From the NCBI GenBank assembly GCA_951406725.2, contig OX597837.1:37200001-37264000 (forward strand): 64,000 nucleotides of DNA. Reading direction: 5' to 3'. Within the stretch, counting starts at the first letter, position 1. Each line of letters begins with the position of its first letter. The notes below the pieces were generated by a model. That model had not been told where the DNA came from, did no database searches, and saw only the letters and a list, made by a program, of their open reading frames with translations. Shown here one piece after another: positions 24,680 to 36,837 of this stretch. Both the position numbers and the translations under genes were made by a program. Source of the stretch: Octopus vulgaris. Taxonomy: Eukaryota.

Positions 24680-26495
24680 GATGTGTTTGTGTGTCTGTGT
24701 TTGTCTCCCTAGCATTGCTTGACAACCGATGCTGGTGTGTTTACGTCTCCATCACTTAGCGGTTCGGCAAAAAGAGACCGATAGAATAAGTACTGGGCTT
24801 ACAAAGAATAAATCCCGGGGTCGATTTGCTCGACTAAAAGGTGGTGCTCCAGCATGGCCGCAGTCAAATGACTGAAACAAGTAAAAGAGTAAAAAGAGAG
24901 AGAGTAGCTGGAACATCTTTGATCAAATTTCAGCTGGGTCAGAATTGGCTCAGAATTAAACAATTAGAGGCTGGCAGACAACAACTGGCATTTTGTCCAG
25001 TGACATCCTGGACTCGGGTCACCAAGTGGAAAACGATCAAAGCCAAACACTTCCTGTAATATATAGGATATGGCAAAATATCTCTCACACTTTACATGTT
25101 GGAACAAATGTTTTACTATCAAACCCACAAAATGCTTTAATCCAAGCCATGTTGGTTATTACAAAACATGGTGAAACTTTATCTGCATAAAGATGTCATT
25201 AAGAGACATGTCTAACTTTATAAGTACCATAATAAGGGTCATGTGAAATGTGGGAGGTTTTTCTGCCGCAGCCCTTATTTGTATTTATAAGATCATTCTT
25301 TACCTTGTTTTACTCTTTTACTCTTTTACTTGTTTCAGTCATTTGACTGCGGCCATGCTGGAGCACTGCCTTTAGTCGAGCAAATCGACCCCGGGACTTA
25401 TTCTTTGTAAGCCCAGTACTTATTCTATCGGTCTCTTTTGCTGAACCGCAAAGTGATGGAGACCTAAACACACCAGCATCGGTTGTCAAGCAATGCTAGG
25501 GGGACAAACACAGACGCACATACACATATATACATATACATATATACGACAGGCTTCTTTCAGTTTCCGTCTACCAAATCCACTCACAAGGCATTGGTCG
25601 GCCCGGGGCTATAGCAGAAGACACTTGCCCAAGATGCCACGCAGCAGGACTGAACCCGGAACCATGTGGTTGGTTAGCAAGCTACTTACCACACAGCCAC
25701 TCCTGCGCCTATTTTATTTATGTTTTTTTCATTTGCAGGGTTTTGAGGGATGGGCAGTGCCCTTGACATTTGCAAGCCCCCCAAAACTGGTTAAAGAGAT
25801 GTTGCTGTTGTTCCTCTTAAACCATTGCAAGTTCACAATTGTGGAAGAGACATGAGCAAAGTGAGAGTTCCAGAGGGATGAAATTCTGAGGAGGAAAGAT
25901 TGGGCTCAGTGGATGGTGTAGGGTATGGACAAAAGGGGTTGGACACAATACATACCAAAGGTGGTGAAGTGAGGACAGATGAGTGGATTGGAAGTATCTG
26001 AGGGGAGGTGGCAGGAGCCTAGCCAGCTCTGAGGAGCAGAGGCCATTATTATTATCATTGACACCACCATCATCATCAGCAGCAGCAACAGCACCATTTA
26101 ACGTCTGTTTTTCGTGCTGTTATGTGTTGGATGCTTCGACAAGAGCATGTTTTCTGCTGCTGGATGTCCTTCTGAATGCCAACCACCTCACAGAGTTTAG
26201 TTACTAAGGTGCCTTGTTTTTCATACCACCAACACCAGTGAGATCACCAAGTAATTTTCAAGACAAGACCAAGGTGGACGGGGTGGCGGAGTAGTATTGA
26301 AGCAGGTGGCTTTATGCCAGGTGATGAGAAGTTAAAGTATGGTAGAAGGACGGAAACAGGCGCCTAGCAACAGAAAAGGCAGAGAGAGAAGACAATGTAT
26401 CTGTGGGCTGGGGACGACTGGAGAGTGTCTGTGGCTGACTTAATGCCAGTCAGTCTGAGTGACCCCTTTTCTGGATGGGGTCTACCATTCAAAGG

Positions 26496-26604
26496 TCAAT
26501 ATACAATTTTCTGTAAAACCTTCATAATCAGTTGTAAGACGGTGTTGGAGAGTGGACAGTGGGTTGAGAGTCTTTGTTTAAGCACCGGCACTTGAACCAG
26601 ATAT
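26496..26604 (-). CDS. C12orf56: C12orf56-like terminal coding exon (YLVQVPVLKQRLSTHCPLSNTVLQLIMKVLQKIVY*)
   Basis: Acceptor ttcctgtctttttcag|A, phase 2, TGA at 26498-26496. Matches recalled YFIHMPALQKRLPLCYPITQPTIQLFHEVLKLV. Confidence 0.85.
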
Positions 26605-26679
26605 CTGAAAAAGACAGGAAAAAATAATTCAAGACTTTGCCTTTTGGCCTTTCAGGGTTGATTATTAGGATCACCTTAA

Positions 26680-26900
26680 CCCTTTCGTTACCATATTTAT
26701 TTTGAGATGCTTTGTGTTTCTTTCAATTACTTTAGATATAACAAAGAGTTTAGTAAAATAACTTTGTTATCATTAAGCTAGTGTTAGGAACATAAATTGT
26801 GACTAAGGTTTGGTGGAAGATTTTAATTCAAAACTTATGAAAACAGGACATTTCTCCTACAGAGCCAGAGCCAGTTTCAGCCAGGTTGGTAACAAAAGGG
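26680..26900. mobile_element. piggyBac-type MITE (about 220 bp), representative copy
   Basis: TTAA-CCCTTTCGTTACC...GGTAACAAAAGGG-TTAA. Further copies at 15958-16179, 16287-16500, 48975-49195; partial or diverged copy at about 32475-32660. Confidence 0.88.
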
Positions 26901-27869
26901 TTAAGACATTGAATCCTCATTTTCTCCAGTGCTGTCATGAGCACTACATCATTTGTACAATGTGGAGGACATACCACCAGCATTACCCAAATGACCTTAA
27001 CCTCAAATTTAGAATTCATCCAGGGCTGGGACCACCTGCCATACACCTCCTGCACAAAACTTACAACACATAAATTCACTACACCACAATCTTTTCCTCA
27101 AGAGGTCCCGCTCTATTTAACATTATCCCAAAAGAAATCAAAAGAGAAAAAGATCCCATTACCCTCAAATGCCAGATCAAGATTGGAGCCTGGTGCAGCC
27201 ATCTGGCTCGCCAGCCCTGAGTCAAAATCGTCCAACCCATGCTAGCATGGAAAGTGGACGTTAAACGACGATGATGATGACGATGATACTTGGGCAAATT
27301 TCTTCAAGAGATACCAGATAAGACACCCAAATCTGAATACATCCCAGTCAACAACTGCCTACTTGAATGGGCCCTAATACTACAAAACTTGATCTTAATA
27401 GGTCCTATTAGGTGGTGCTATTAAGTTAGACATGGCCTGGGCCACTCTTGGCTGAGGTTACCTAAGTTAAGGTACTGGTCAAACACTGGAAACAGCTAGG
27501 ACTTGCCACCAAATTTCAGGCCTTCTGCCTAGAGTAGAAAGAATTATTTCATTGCTTCTATTTCTTAATTTTAATTAATTTGATTTCAAATTTTGGCACA
27601 AGGCCAGCAATTTCGAGTGTGGGGGATAAATTGATTATATCATCCCCACCCCCACTGTACAACTGGTACTTATTTCATTGCCCCCCCCCCCCAAAAAAAA
27701 TGAAAGGCAAAGTCTACCTTGGTAGAACTTGAACTCAGAATGTAAGACAAGGTGAAATACTACTAAGCTTGTTAACAGTTCTGCCAGATTGCCATCTTGT
27801 AATTTGTATTAATTAAAAAACAAACAAACAATTTGTACTGTGTCAAAGGTCAATGTCATGGGAACTTAC

Positions 27870-28069
27870 TTGAACTCACTCAAATAGTTTGAGTGGATAT
27901 ACTCAGCCAGTTGAGAGCTATTTTCTAGGATAACAGCCAGGATGTAGTAATGTTGATAGAGCTTTAACACTTGTAGTGGCAACAGACAGCTGACCTCTAC
28001 ACAATTGTTGCCATTGGATGTTGGTTTGGTCAGTTCTAGGACTTGGCTCACCATATCGTTGATCATATC
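27870..28069 (-). CDS. C12orf56: C12orf56-like exon (DMINDMVSQVL...QVLKLYQHYYILAVILENSSQLAEYIHSNYLSEF)
   Basis: Acceptor ttttgttttcag|GAT, donor AA|gtaagt; 200 nt, phase 0 to 2. Matches recalled QAVLLYQQFYIL...LAEYIRNNYREEF. Confidence 0.88.
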
Positions 28070-28183
28070 CTGAAAACAAAACCATGCGTTGGTCATAATT
28101 ACGTAATTACCCATGGCATCATATTAATTAGTTATGTAATGTCAGCTGATAGTGATATAATTTGTGTCTGGAATTGTCGTCAA

Positions 28184-28245
<62 letters not shown>

Positions 28246-29800
28246 ACATCATCATCAGCATCATCATCAACATCATCATCAACATCATCATCAGCATCAT
28301 CATCAGCATCATCATCAGCATCATCATTATTGTAGTGTGATGGAGAAAAAGGACAACAGAAAAAGAAGCAAACGGGTGAAAGAAATACAAAAGGGCCTTA
28401 CCTCTTGACCTCGGTGGAATCAGCGGTCACTCTCAAGAAATAAACACGTTTTTGCTCGCTGCCGTCTTTGCTCGAACTGACCCCATGATGTGCTTCCTGC
28501 CCGCGCATGCCATGTGACTATGCCACAAGCCCCCTGCAGTCTTTACTTCTGTCTACCTCATCTGCAATCCCCTCCACCAACACCACATAGCTCATCACAG
28601 CCCATAACAACCACTAACATCACAATTATTTAATGTCCAAATTTCCGCTGCCACCTCGTCTGCCTGCACGTGAGTGCCCTCACCCATGCTGTCATCATCG
28701 TCCTATGCCACGTGCACTGGCAGCCTCCTCGCTTGCTTGCCCGCTGGCAGCTGCTGTTCCGTTCATTCATCCTCTCGCTCTCGCATGTTCAGTTTCTTCC
28801 TCGCCCTCGCCTAGCCATCGTCGCTGCTGTGTCCCTCCATGCCTTTGCTCATGCAGCCAGGACCATGCCACTTCGCCTTGTGCTTCCTACCCAACGATAA
28901 CGACATGCTCTTCGTTGTCTCTCTCTACCCACACTCTGCAGGCCACCACATGCTCTCTGGTATCATCGTCATCATCAACATCATTATCATCGTCATCATC
29001 AGCATCATCATTATTTAATGTCCGTTGTCCATGCTGGCATGGGTCGGACAGTTTGACCAGAATTGGCAAGCTAGGGAGCTGCACCAGACTCCAGTCTGAT
29101 TTCGTATGGTTTCTAGAAACTGGATGCCCTTCCAAATATGCCAACCACTTTACAGAGTGTGCTGGGGTGCTTCTTACATGGGAGAGGAGAAGTTTCATTT
29201 CACAGTTGTTGTCCTGTTTTAGCCTCAGAGTAATCCTGACTGGGCAGACATCAGGTGAGAGCAAACAAACCGCATAATCAAACAGGGAATCAGCATAACA
29301 CGATAAACTAGTTAGTTTGTGAAACAATGGTATAACTAAACACTGAAACAACCTGACAGTGGGACCTGATGAATTAGTGAACCAGTTACACAGTTAAGCA
29401 ATGAACAAAGCTGACCATGAACTGGTTAAAATGTAAACCAAATTCATCTACCAATCTGTCTGTCTGTCTGTCTGTTTGAATGTCTGTCAGTTTGTCTGAC
29501 TTTCTGCCTGTCTGTCTGCCTATTAGTTTGCCCCTCTCTGTCTCTATCTATCTGCTTGCTTACCTGCCCGCCTGCCTGTTTCTCTGTCTATCTACCTATC
29601 TGTCAAACTACCTACCTATCTATCTGTCTGTCTCTCTCTCTCTCTGCCACCACTTCCACTTGTCTGTCCTCATCATCAACTGATAGCTCGTGGAACAGCC
29701 ATGCTCTAGGTGACTGTTGCATCCCAAGCAGGTCCAGACTACTATACTTCATATAGACATCCACAACACCAACCAACCAACCAGGTGTGGCACAACTTAC

Positions 29801-29872
29801 CTCAGCCCCAATATCTTCCACGACACCAACCAACCAACTGGTGCAAATGTCTTCCTTGCTTCCGTCTAATTT
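29801..29872 (-). CDS. C12orf56: C12orf56-like exon (KLDGSKEDICTSWLVGVVEDIGAE)
   Basis: Acceptor tttttttcttctgcag|AAA, donor GAG|gtaagt; 72 nt, phase 0 to 0. SW motif in the expected position. Confidence 0.8.
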
Positions 29873-29921
29873 CTGCAGAAGAAAAAAAAAAAACAAATTG
29901 GATATAATTAATATAAATGCA

Positions 29922-30376
29922 GTGATGGTGGTGGTGGTGGTGGTGGTAGTGGTGGTGGTTGTGGTGGTGGTTGTGGTGGTGGTGGTGGTAGTGGTGGTGG
30001 TGGTGGTAGTGGTTGTGGTGGTGGTGGTGGTGGTGGTGGTGGTGGTGGTGGTGGTGGTGGTGGTGGTGGTGGTGGTGGTGGTGGTAGTGGTAGTGGTGGT
30101 GGTGGTGGTGGTGGTAGTGGTGGTGGCGGTGGTGGTGGTGGTGGTGGTGGTGGTGGTTGTGGTGGTAGTGGTGGTGGTGGTGGTTGTGGCGGTGGTGGTG
30201 TTGGTTGTGGTGGTAGTGGTTGTGGTGGTAGTGGTGGTTGTGGTGGTGGTGGTTGTGGTGGTGGTAGTGGTGGTGGTTGTGGTGGTAGTGGTGGTGTTTG
30301 TGGTGGTAGTGGTGGTGGTGGTAGTGGTGGTGGTTGTGGTGGTGGTGGTGGTGGTGGTGGTGGTGGTGGTGGTGAT
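29922..30376. repeat. (GGT)n microsatellite with GTA/GTT variants, about 450 bp; (GA)n follows at 30430-30496
   Basis: Direct reading. Confidence 0.97.
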
Positions 30377-30429
30377 GTGTAGTGGCAATGGTTGCAATGG
30401 CAGCATATGTCAGGAAATTGAGGCTCAAT

Positions 30430-30497
<68 letters not shown>

Positions 30498-30749
30498 ATG
30501 GGTAAGACAATTTGCCTGGGGCTGGTAAGAGCTGTCCTGGACTCCAATCTATTTTGGCTTGCTTTCTGCGGCTAGTGGCCCAGGATCTGTGTTGCTATTT
30601 AAGAAATTCAAAACAATTTTGCTCTGGCAACGATCACGCTCGGATGGTGCTCTTAACACCCTACTAGCACGGGGCACAAGTGCCAGTAAGGCGACCCTGG
30701 TAACGATCACACTTGAACGGTGCCTTTTATGTGCCACTGGCACATTTGT

Positions 30750-31161
30750 CTCAGATATTAAGTTTGGTATGGATAAATATAGCATGGCCCCAAAATTTCA
30801 ACGGGCCACCTAATTCCTAATTCTCTTGATCTCACTGCACCAGATTTTTCCCTGCGGGGCTATCAAAAGGATCGCGTGTACATTAATTAACAAACCCCAC
30901 AATATCCAGCAGCTGAAGGGAATACATTTGAAGAGAAATTCATGCACTGGGATGTGACACCTTGACTCACATCATGGAAAATGCACTTGAAAGGGTTTAT
31001 GCTTGGGAAATGGTAAATAGGGGTCATTTGCATGACATCATCTTTTAGAACTTGACCAAAAAGGTTCAAATTGTTACATTTTTATTTACAGAAACGTTCT
31101 TTCAGAAAAAAAAAAGTTATTCAGTTTTTAAATGGTAGAGTGACTCCTGGGTCACCCTGTA
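30750..31161 (+). mobile_element. Tc1/mariner-superfamily 3' remnant
   Basis: Degenerate NSLDLTAPDFSLRGYQKDRVY motif and terminus GGGTCACCCTG-TA. Confidence 0.6.
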
Positions 31162-31845
31162 TGAAAATGAACAAATCAATGTATAAAATTGTAAAATATA
31201 AATAAATATATTTTGAGGATGTACCACATTCTCTTTTGTTATAATCTGTGCCAAGCGGTTTCACTCTCCATGCTGTAGCTTTGTTACTATAGCAACAGTC
31301 TGGATGCTTATTGATAACACCATGTATATGTGTATATATATTTATATATATGCCAGCGCCGCCTTGACTGGCTTCTGTGCCGGTGGCACATAAAAAGCAA
31401 CATCCGAACGTGGCCGATGCCAGTGCTGCCTTGACTGGCTTCTATGCCGGTGGCACATAAAAAGCACCAACTGATCGTTGCCACTGCCAGACTCCCCTGG
31501 CACCTGTGCCAGTGGCACGTAAAAAGCACCCACTACACTCTCGGAGTGGTTGGCGTTAGGAAGGGCATCCAGCTGTAGAAACACTGCCAGATCAGACTGG
31601 AGCCTGGTGCAGCCTCCATGGCTTCCCAGACCCCAGTCGAACTGTCCAACCCATGCTAGCATGGAAAACGGACGTTAAACGATGATGATAATATAAATGC
31701 ATTCATATGCAACACACTCAATATTCCTTTATTTTGTTAAGAGATTTAGTCATTGGGCTGTTGCCATGCTGGAGCACCACCTTAAAAGGTTTAGGGGATC
31801 ACATTGACACCTGTACTTATTAAAAACTCACACACAAGAACTTAC

Positions 31846-31926
31846 CTGTTGGACACAAACGAACAGCTCAAAGATTACGCCAATGCTTAATTCTGTTAAT
31901 TCCTCTGGGATTGAAGATTTCACCGA
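31846..31926 (-). CDS. C12orf56: C12orf56-like exon (SVKSSIPEELTELSIGVIFELFVCVQQ)
   Basis: Acceptor gtctgtcgtttcag|TCG, donor CAG|gtaag; 81 nt, phase 0 to 0. Resembles recalled EYTNTATALLYEILLVFQQ. Confidence 0.82.
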
Positions 31927-32126
31927 CTGAAACGACAGACACCATAAGGAATATGTAAATTAGAAGAGGGGTACTATAAGGCTGTGAGTAATTATATGAA
32001 ATAATAAGGGGAGGAGATTGTAAGGTAGTTTTGTAACATGGAAGGTAAATGTGAAATAAGTATAAACTCCGTTAGTTGCTGTTTCGCACCATGTCATTCC
32101 GGGTCTCAGAGACCCTGTTGAAGTGA

Positions 32127-32445
32127 GGGCGCGTGGCTTAGTGGTTAGGGCATTCGGCTCATGATCGTAAGGTTGTGAGTTCGATTCCCGGCGACGCGTT
32201 GTGTCCTTGAGCAAGACACTTTATTTCACGTTGCTCCAGTCCACTCAGCTGGCAAAAATGAGTTGTACTTGTATTTCAAAGGGTCAGCCTTGTCACTCTC
32301 TGTGTCACGCTGATTATCCCCGAGAACTACGTTAAGGGTACACGTGTCTGTGGAATGCTCAGCCATTTGCACGTTAATTTCACGAGCAAGCTGTTCCGTT
32401 GATCGTATCAGCTGGGACCCTCATCGTCGTAACCGGCGGAGTCTT
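32127..32445 (+). mobile_element. tRNA-derived CORE-like SINE (family D)
   Basis: GGGCGCGTGGCTTAGTGGTTAG (A box), GAGTTCGATTCCC (B box), GTGTCCTTGAGCAAGACACTT CORE-like motif. The 3' half is shared with the element at 54102-54480. Confidence 0.8.
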
Positions 32446-32849
32446 TAAGACCCTGTTGAAAGCAGACTATCTTAACCTTTTTGATACGAACCCACCTGAG
32501 ACAGTTCTTGGTTCTATGATAAAAACTTACCATTTTCAAGTGATCTAAATTAAAACCTTCTATCAAAAATTCATGTTAATTTCTACTCCAGACACCAGTT
32601 CCATAATGATGAAAGAGATTTTACTAAATTCTTCCTTATTTTCAAAATTAATTGGAACAAAGTTCACGCAGGAGTGGCTGTGTGGTAAGTAGCTTACTTA
32701 TGAACCACATGGTTCCGGGTTCAGTCCCACTACGTGGCACCTTGGGCAAGTGTCTTCTACTATAGCCTCGGGCTGACCAAAGCCTTGTAAATGGATTTGG
32801 TAGACAGAAACTGAAAAGAAGCCCATCGTATATATGTATATGTATATAA

Positions 32850-33052
32850 AGTTAATCCAAACATGAAAACACAAAGAGAAAACACAACAACACGAGGACG
32901 TGGAACAAGTATAGTGTTATTGGATGCTCAGGAAAGGAAAAAAAGAAGGAGGAATAGACGTTTCGAGCGGAGCTCTTCGTCAGAAACACAGAAAAAGATC
33001 CAAGGAAGAGAAGACGGAGGAAAAAAAAATAATCACCAACAATATGCGGTCA
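32850..33052 (-). mobile_element. Penelope-like element terminal fragment with degenerate hammerhead motif, inserted in the central microsatellite of a family-A SINE
   Basis: Minus strand CTGACGA-a-gagc-tcc-gctc-GAAA-cgtc at about 32983-32957; stem I not evident. The fragment interrupts the SINE at 32667-33250. Confidence 0.45.
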
Positions 33053-33525
33053 CATGTGTTTGTCCCCTCAACATTGCTTGACAACCGATGCTGGTACGTT
33101 TACGTCCCCGTAAATTAGCGGTTCGGCAAAAGAGACTGATAGAATAAGTACTAGGCTTACAAAGAATGAGTCCTGGCGTTGATTTGCTTGACAAAAGGCG
33201 ATGCCCCAGCATGGCCGCAGTCAAACGACTGAAACAAGTAAAAGAGTAAAAGGTATCAGGTGATGACCGCGATGAAGAGGACTTGTAACAAGAAGGAAAG
33301 CTGGATTACGTGTAACATTTCTGTGCGTCCCACCACACGAGGCACGTACAATATTTATTGACCCCAGAATGATTAAAAGAAATGCCATCTTCAGTAGGAT
33401 TCGAAAGCAGAGCACAAAATGCCAAAATAAATACCACAAGGTATTTTCTCTGACTCGGCCAGAAATTTGGTAGGAGGCACACCTGTTCTTAATTTAACAA
33501 TTGGTTGTTAGTTTATCAGACTTAC

Positions 33526-33610
33526 CTGTGACTGGTTCTTCTTTCTGATAGGGGCCGGTTGCCTTGACAACACACTAATGAGGATCTTCATTAATTCAAA
33601 TACACCTTCT
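33526..33610 (-). CDS. C12orf56: C12orf56-like exon (EGVFELMKILISVLSRQPAPIRKKNQSQ)
   Basis: Acceptor cttctattcctctgtag|A, donor CAG|gtaag; 85 nt, phase 2 to 0. Resembles recalled GALFNLLVILISEP. Confidence 0.8.
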
Positions 33611-33656
33611 CTACAGAGGAATAGAAGTAAATCCGATCAGATGAGGACCAATACAA

Positions 33657-34040
33657 TTTAACTCTTTAGCATTCAGATTACTCTGTCAAATGAAATACTT
33701 ATTTATTCACATTGTTTTAAATTAATCATGAATTATCTTGTAGCTTCAAGATTTCAATGGTGCGATTATTCATCTTTAGAATGACATTGTATGATAGGTA
33801 TGAGAGGCAAGATGTGACCAGTTTGAACATAAAGCAAGAAGAAGGTTGAGGTGGGATATTGCTGGTTTAATCGTTTTTTTGGCATTTAGGTTACTCTGTC
33901 AAGTGTAAAGCTTATCTACTTATAATATTTTGAATTAATCATGCATTAACCTCATAGCTTTGGGATTTCAAGGATATGATTGTTTATTTTAAGAATGACA
34001 TTTTAAAAAGGCCAGATCTTGACAGTTTGAACATAAACCA
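33657..34040. mobile_element. Second TTAA-associated repeat, two tandem partial units (probable piggyBac-type non-autonomous element)
   Basis: Starts TTAACTCTTTAGCATTCAGATTACTCTGTC and repeats at about 33880; related remnant at 50460-50750. Confidence 0.5.
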
Positions 34041-34654
34041 GGCCTACAGCGAGTAATACTCACCGTAACAAAATACAGTGATTAACTTTCTTATGGGGTC
34101 AAATATGCCCCAAGCATGTTTGAACTGGCAACAAGTTTATATTTATACACATCATTGCTTAGCACCATCATTCTGTATTTTGTTTATGGTGAGCTACTGG
34201 AATATTGCAGCCAGTCATTGAATGATGACAGGAATATCATAAAAGGGATCTGTCTCTCATGTCAGTTTGCAGCATCTACCCTTCTGGTCTCTATCGCTGA
34301 AGAGGAGATAACCCCTTTGAAATTCATGCATCCACCTGCTCATTACGGAACAGGTGGGAAGTTGTCAAAATATGGATACTTATTAAAGAGGTTCACTCTG
34401 ATAGTTAAGTAGTTAATAGGGTTTTACAATTTACAAAATGTATCTATTGGGTTGTCCGGAAAGCTCATGCCGATTTATAGTAGCTTACCTTTCGACTTAT
34501 TTTAGAACATGGTTGAGTCCATAAAATAGGATTTGACTACACCTCCATTTAGAGCACAGTTTAAGCTATCTTTTCGCAGAAGAAGGTTTATGTTCCTATA
34601 AACTGTGTTAATTTTGTAACCCTTTAAAATGGAAGATTAGAAAGTTCATTTTAT

Positions 34655-35065
34655 ATATAAACACACACACACACACACATACACATAAATAAATATATAA
34701 TATAAATATATATATAAACACACACACACACACACACACACATAAATAAATATATAATATAAATATATATATAAACACACACACACACACATAAATAAAT
34801 ATATAATATAAATATATATATAAACACACACACACACACACACATACACATAAATAAATATATAATATAAATATATATATAAACACACACACACACACAC
34901 ACATACACATAAATAAATATATAATATAAATATATATATAAACACACACACACACACACACATACACATAAATAAATATATAATATAAATATATATATAA
35001 ACACACACACACACACACACATACACATAAATAAATATATAATATAAATATATATATAAACACAC

Positions 35066-35110
<45 letters not shown>
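34655..35110. repeat. Higher-order minisatellite of about 58-bp units built from (CA)n plus ATAAATAAATATATAATATAAATATATAT
   Basis: About 7-8 units visible. Confidence 0.9.
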
Positions 35111-35113
<3 letters not shown>

Positions 35114-36429
35114 AACATATGAAAATAATGTTTTTAAAAATCATGAATCATCTCCACTTCCTGTCCAACTTTTTTTTTGCACTCTGCATTTAAAAAGAAT
35201 GAGATACACCTTTTCTGTAAAAATTTATAAATGAACCTTTTCAAACACTTAATACCAATTTAACCTTTTTTTCTTTAGCACTTTGCACTGAAAATGATGG
35301 GAGAAGCCTTGGAAATTGAAAAAAAAAAAAAAAAATTTAGGGAAATCAACAATCACCATTTCAATTCTCATTTCCTTTATTTTCAAACAGAAAATGAATC
35401 ATAATTTAAAAACAATAGTGAAATATTAAAAAAATTTTTTGTTAACTCCTGCCCCTCCATAAATCCTAAAATTTTGGCTTTTTTTCAGATTTTTTAAGTC
35501 ATAATTTTGAAATATGGACAAGTTGAATCTGTAATTTGTTTCTGGTTCCAGGTTCAGTCCCACTGCGTGGCACCTTGGGCAAGTGTCTTCTACTATAGCC
35601 TTGGGCCGACCAAAGCCTTGTGATTGGATTTGGTAGACGGAAACTGAAAGAAGCCCATCATATATATATATAATGTATATATATGTATATATATATATTT
35701 CGCCAGCCTCGTCTGGCACCTGTGTCGGTGGCACATAAAATCACCCACTACACTCTCGGAGTGGTTGGCGTTAGGAAGGGCATCCAGCTGTAGAAACACT
35801 GCCAGATCTGACTGGCCTGGTGCAGCCTTCGGGCTCCCCAGACCCCAGTTGAACCGTCCAACCCATGCTAGCATGGAAAACGGACGCTAAATGATGATGA
35901 TGATGATATATATATATGTTTGTGTGTCTGTGTTTGCTTCCCCAACATCACTTGACAACTGATGCTGGTGTGTTTACGTCCCTGTCACTTAGTGGTTTGG
36001 CAAGAGAGACCAATAGAATAAGCACTAGGCTTAGAAAAAATAAGTCCTGGGGGCGATTTGCTCGACTATAGGCGGTGCTCCAGCATGGCCACAGTCAAAT
36101 GACTGAAACAAGTAAAAGAATAAAAGAATATGGAAATATGTGTGTGACTTAAGGGAGATTTAGCTGTTGTTTCTAGCACATCCCATGACCTTCGATGATT
36201 TTCAATATTTTTCTCCCTGTAAACACATTTTATGGAATGATGATCTGATGGTCCATTGCTGGGATTTAAGCAACAACACAAAACATTTTGTAATTATAAC
36301 TTTTAACCCTCACCTTGCATCAGGTGAGTCCATGTGTAGGTGTGTGAGTGTGGGTGTATGAAAGGACATATTGACAAACAAAAATATGCTGTTAGGAGTG
36401 GAGGATGTGGCCTGACTCACTGACTTGGC

Positions 36430-36832
36430 AGTCACCCATAAAATTATCAACCATCTTACGAACAATAACTCTGAGCACCTTTTCAAACTCCACCCGTCTA
36501 ACACCCGTGGACATATTTACAAAGTCAGAAAACAGCACAGCTCCCATGACTTTCGGAAACATTTTTTCACTCCAAGTGTTGCTGAAGCATGGAACAAACT
36601 GCCGGCATTGGTTGTTAGTTGTTGGAGCACTGCATCCTTCAAAACTTCCATGCTTCCTGAGATTCGCCAACACTACACCTGATTTCCTCCCCTCCATACA
36701 CACACAAGCATGTATCTGACTCATACTTTGTTCGCTTTCCAGACATTTCTACATTATTGCATGTACTTTATATGCAATTTCTGACAAGTTGTGGCGCACC
36801 TGAGCAATGTATACAATAATTTCATTATTATT
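36430..36832 (+). mobile_element. CR1/L2-group LINE 3' end, second family
   Basis: THKIIN...NTRGHIYKV...FRKHFF...WNKLP, then 3' UTR ending in (ATT)n. Confidence 0.8.
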
Positions 36833-36837
36833 ATATT

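Noticed and set aside
24939-25053. Possible alternative last exon of the C12orf56-like gene (ttacag|G, KCLALIVFHLVTRVQDV...)
   Set aside because: Weak pyrimidine tract, runs into the 132-bp repeat, and exon 26496-26604 fits the homolog far better.
28401-28440. Donor-like GAG|gtaagg on the minus strand between two exons
   Set aside because: Nearby acceptors give in-frame stops, and the flanking exons already join in phase.
28633-29277. 214-aa ORF
   Set aside because: Composite of GC-rich low-complexity sequence, (CAT)n and an antisense SINE C, lying antisense within an intron.
32127-32200. tRNA gene (also 54102-54175 and SINE A/B heads)
   Set aside because: A and B boxes are present, but there is no clean cloverleaf and each continues into a SINE body.
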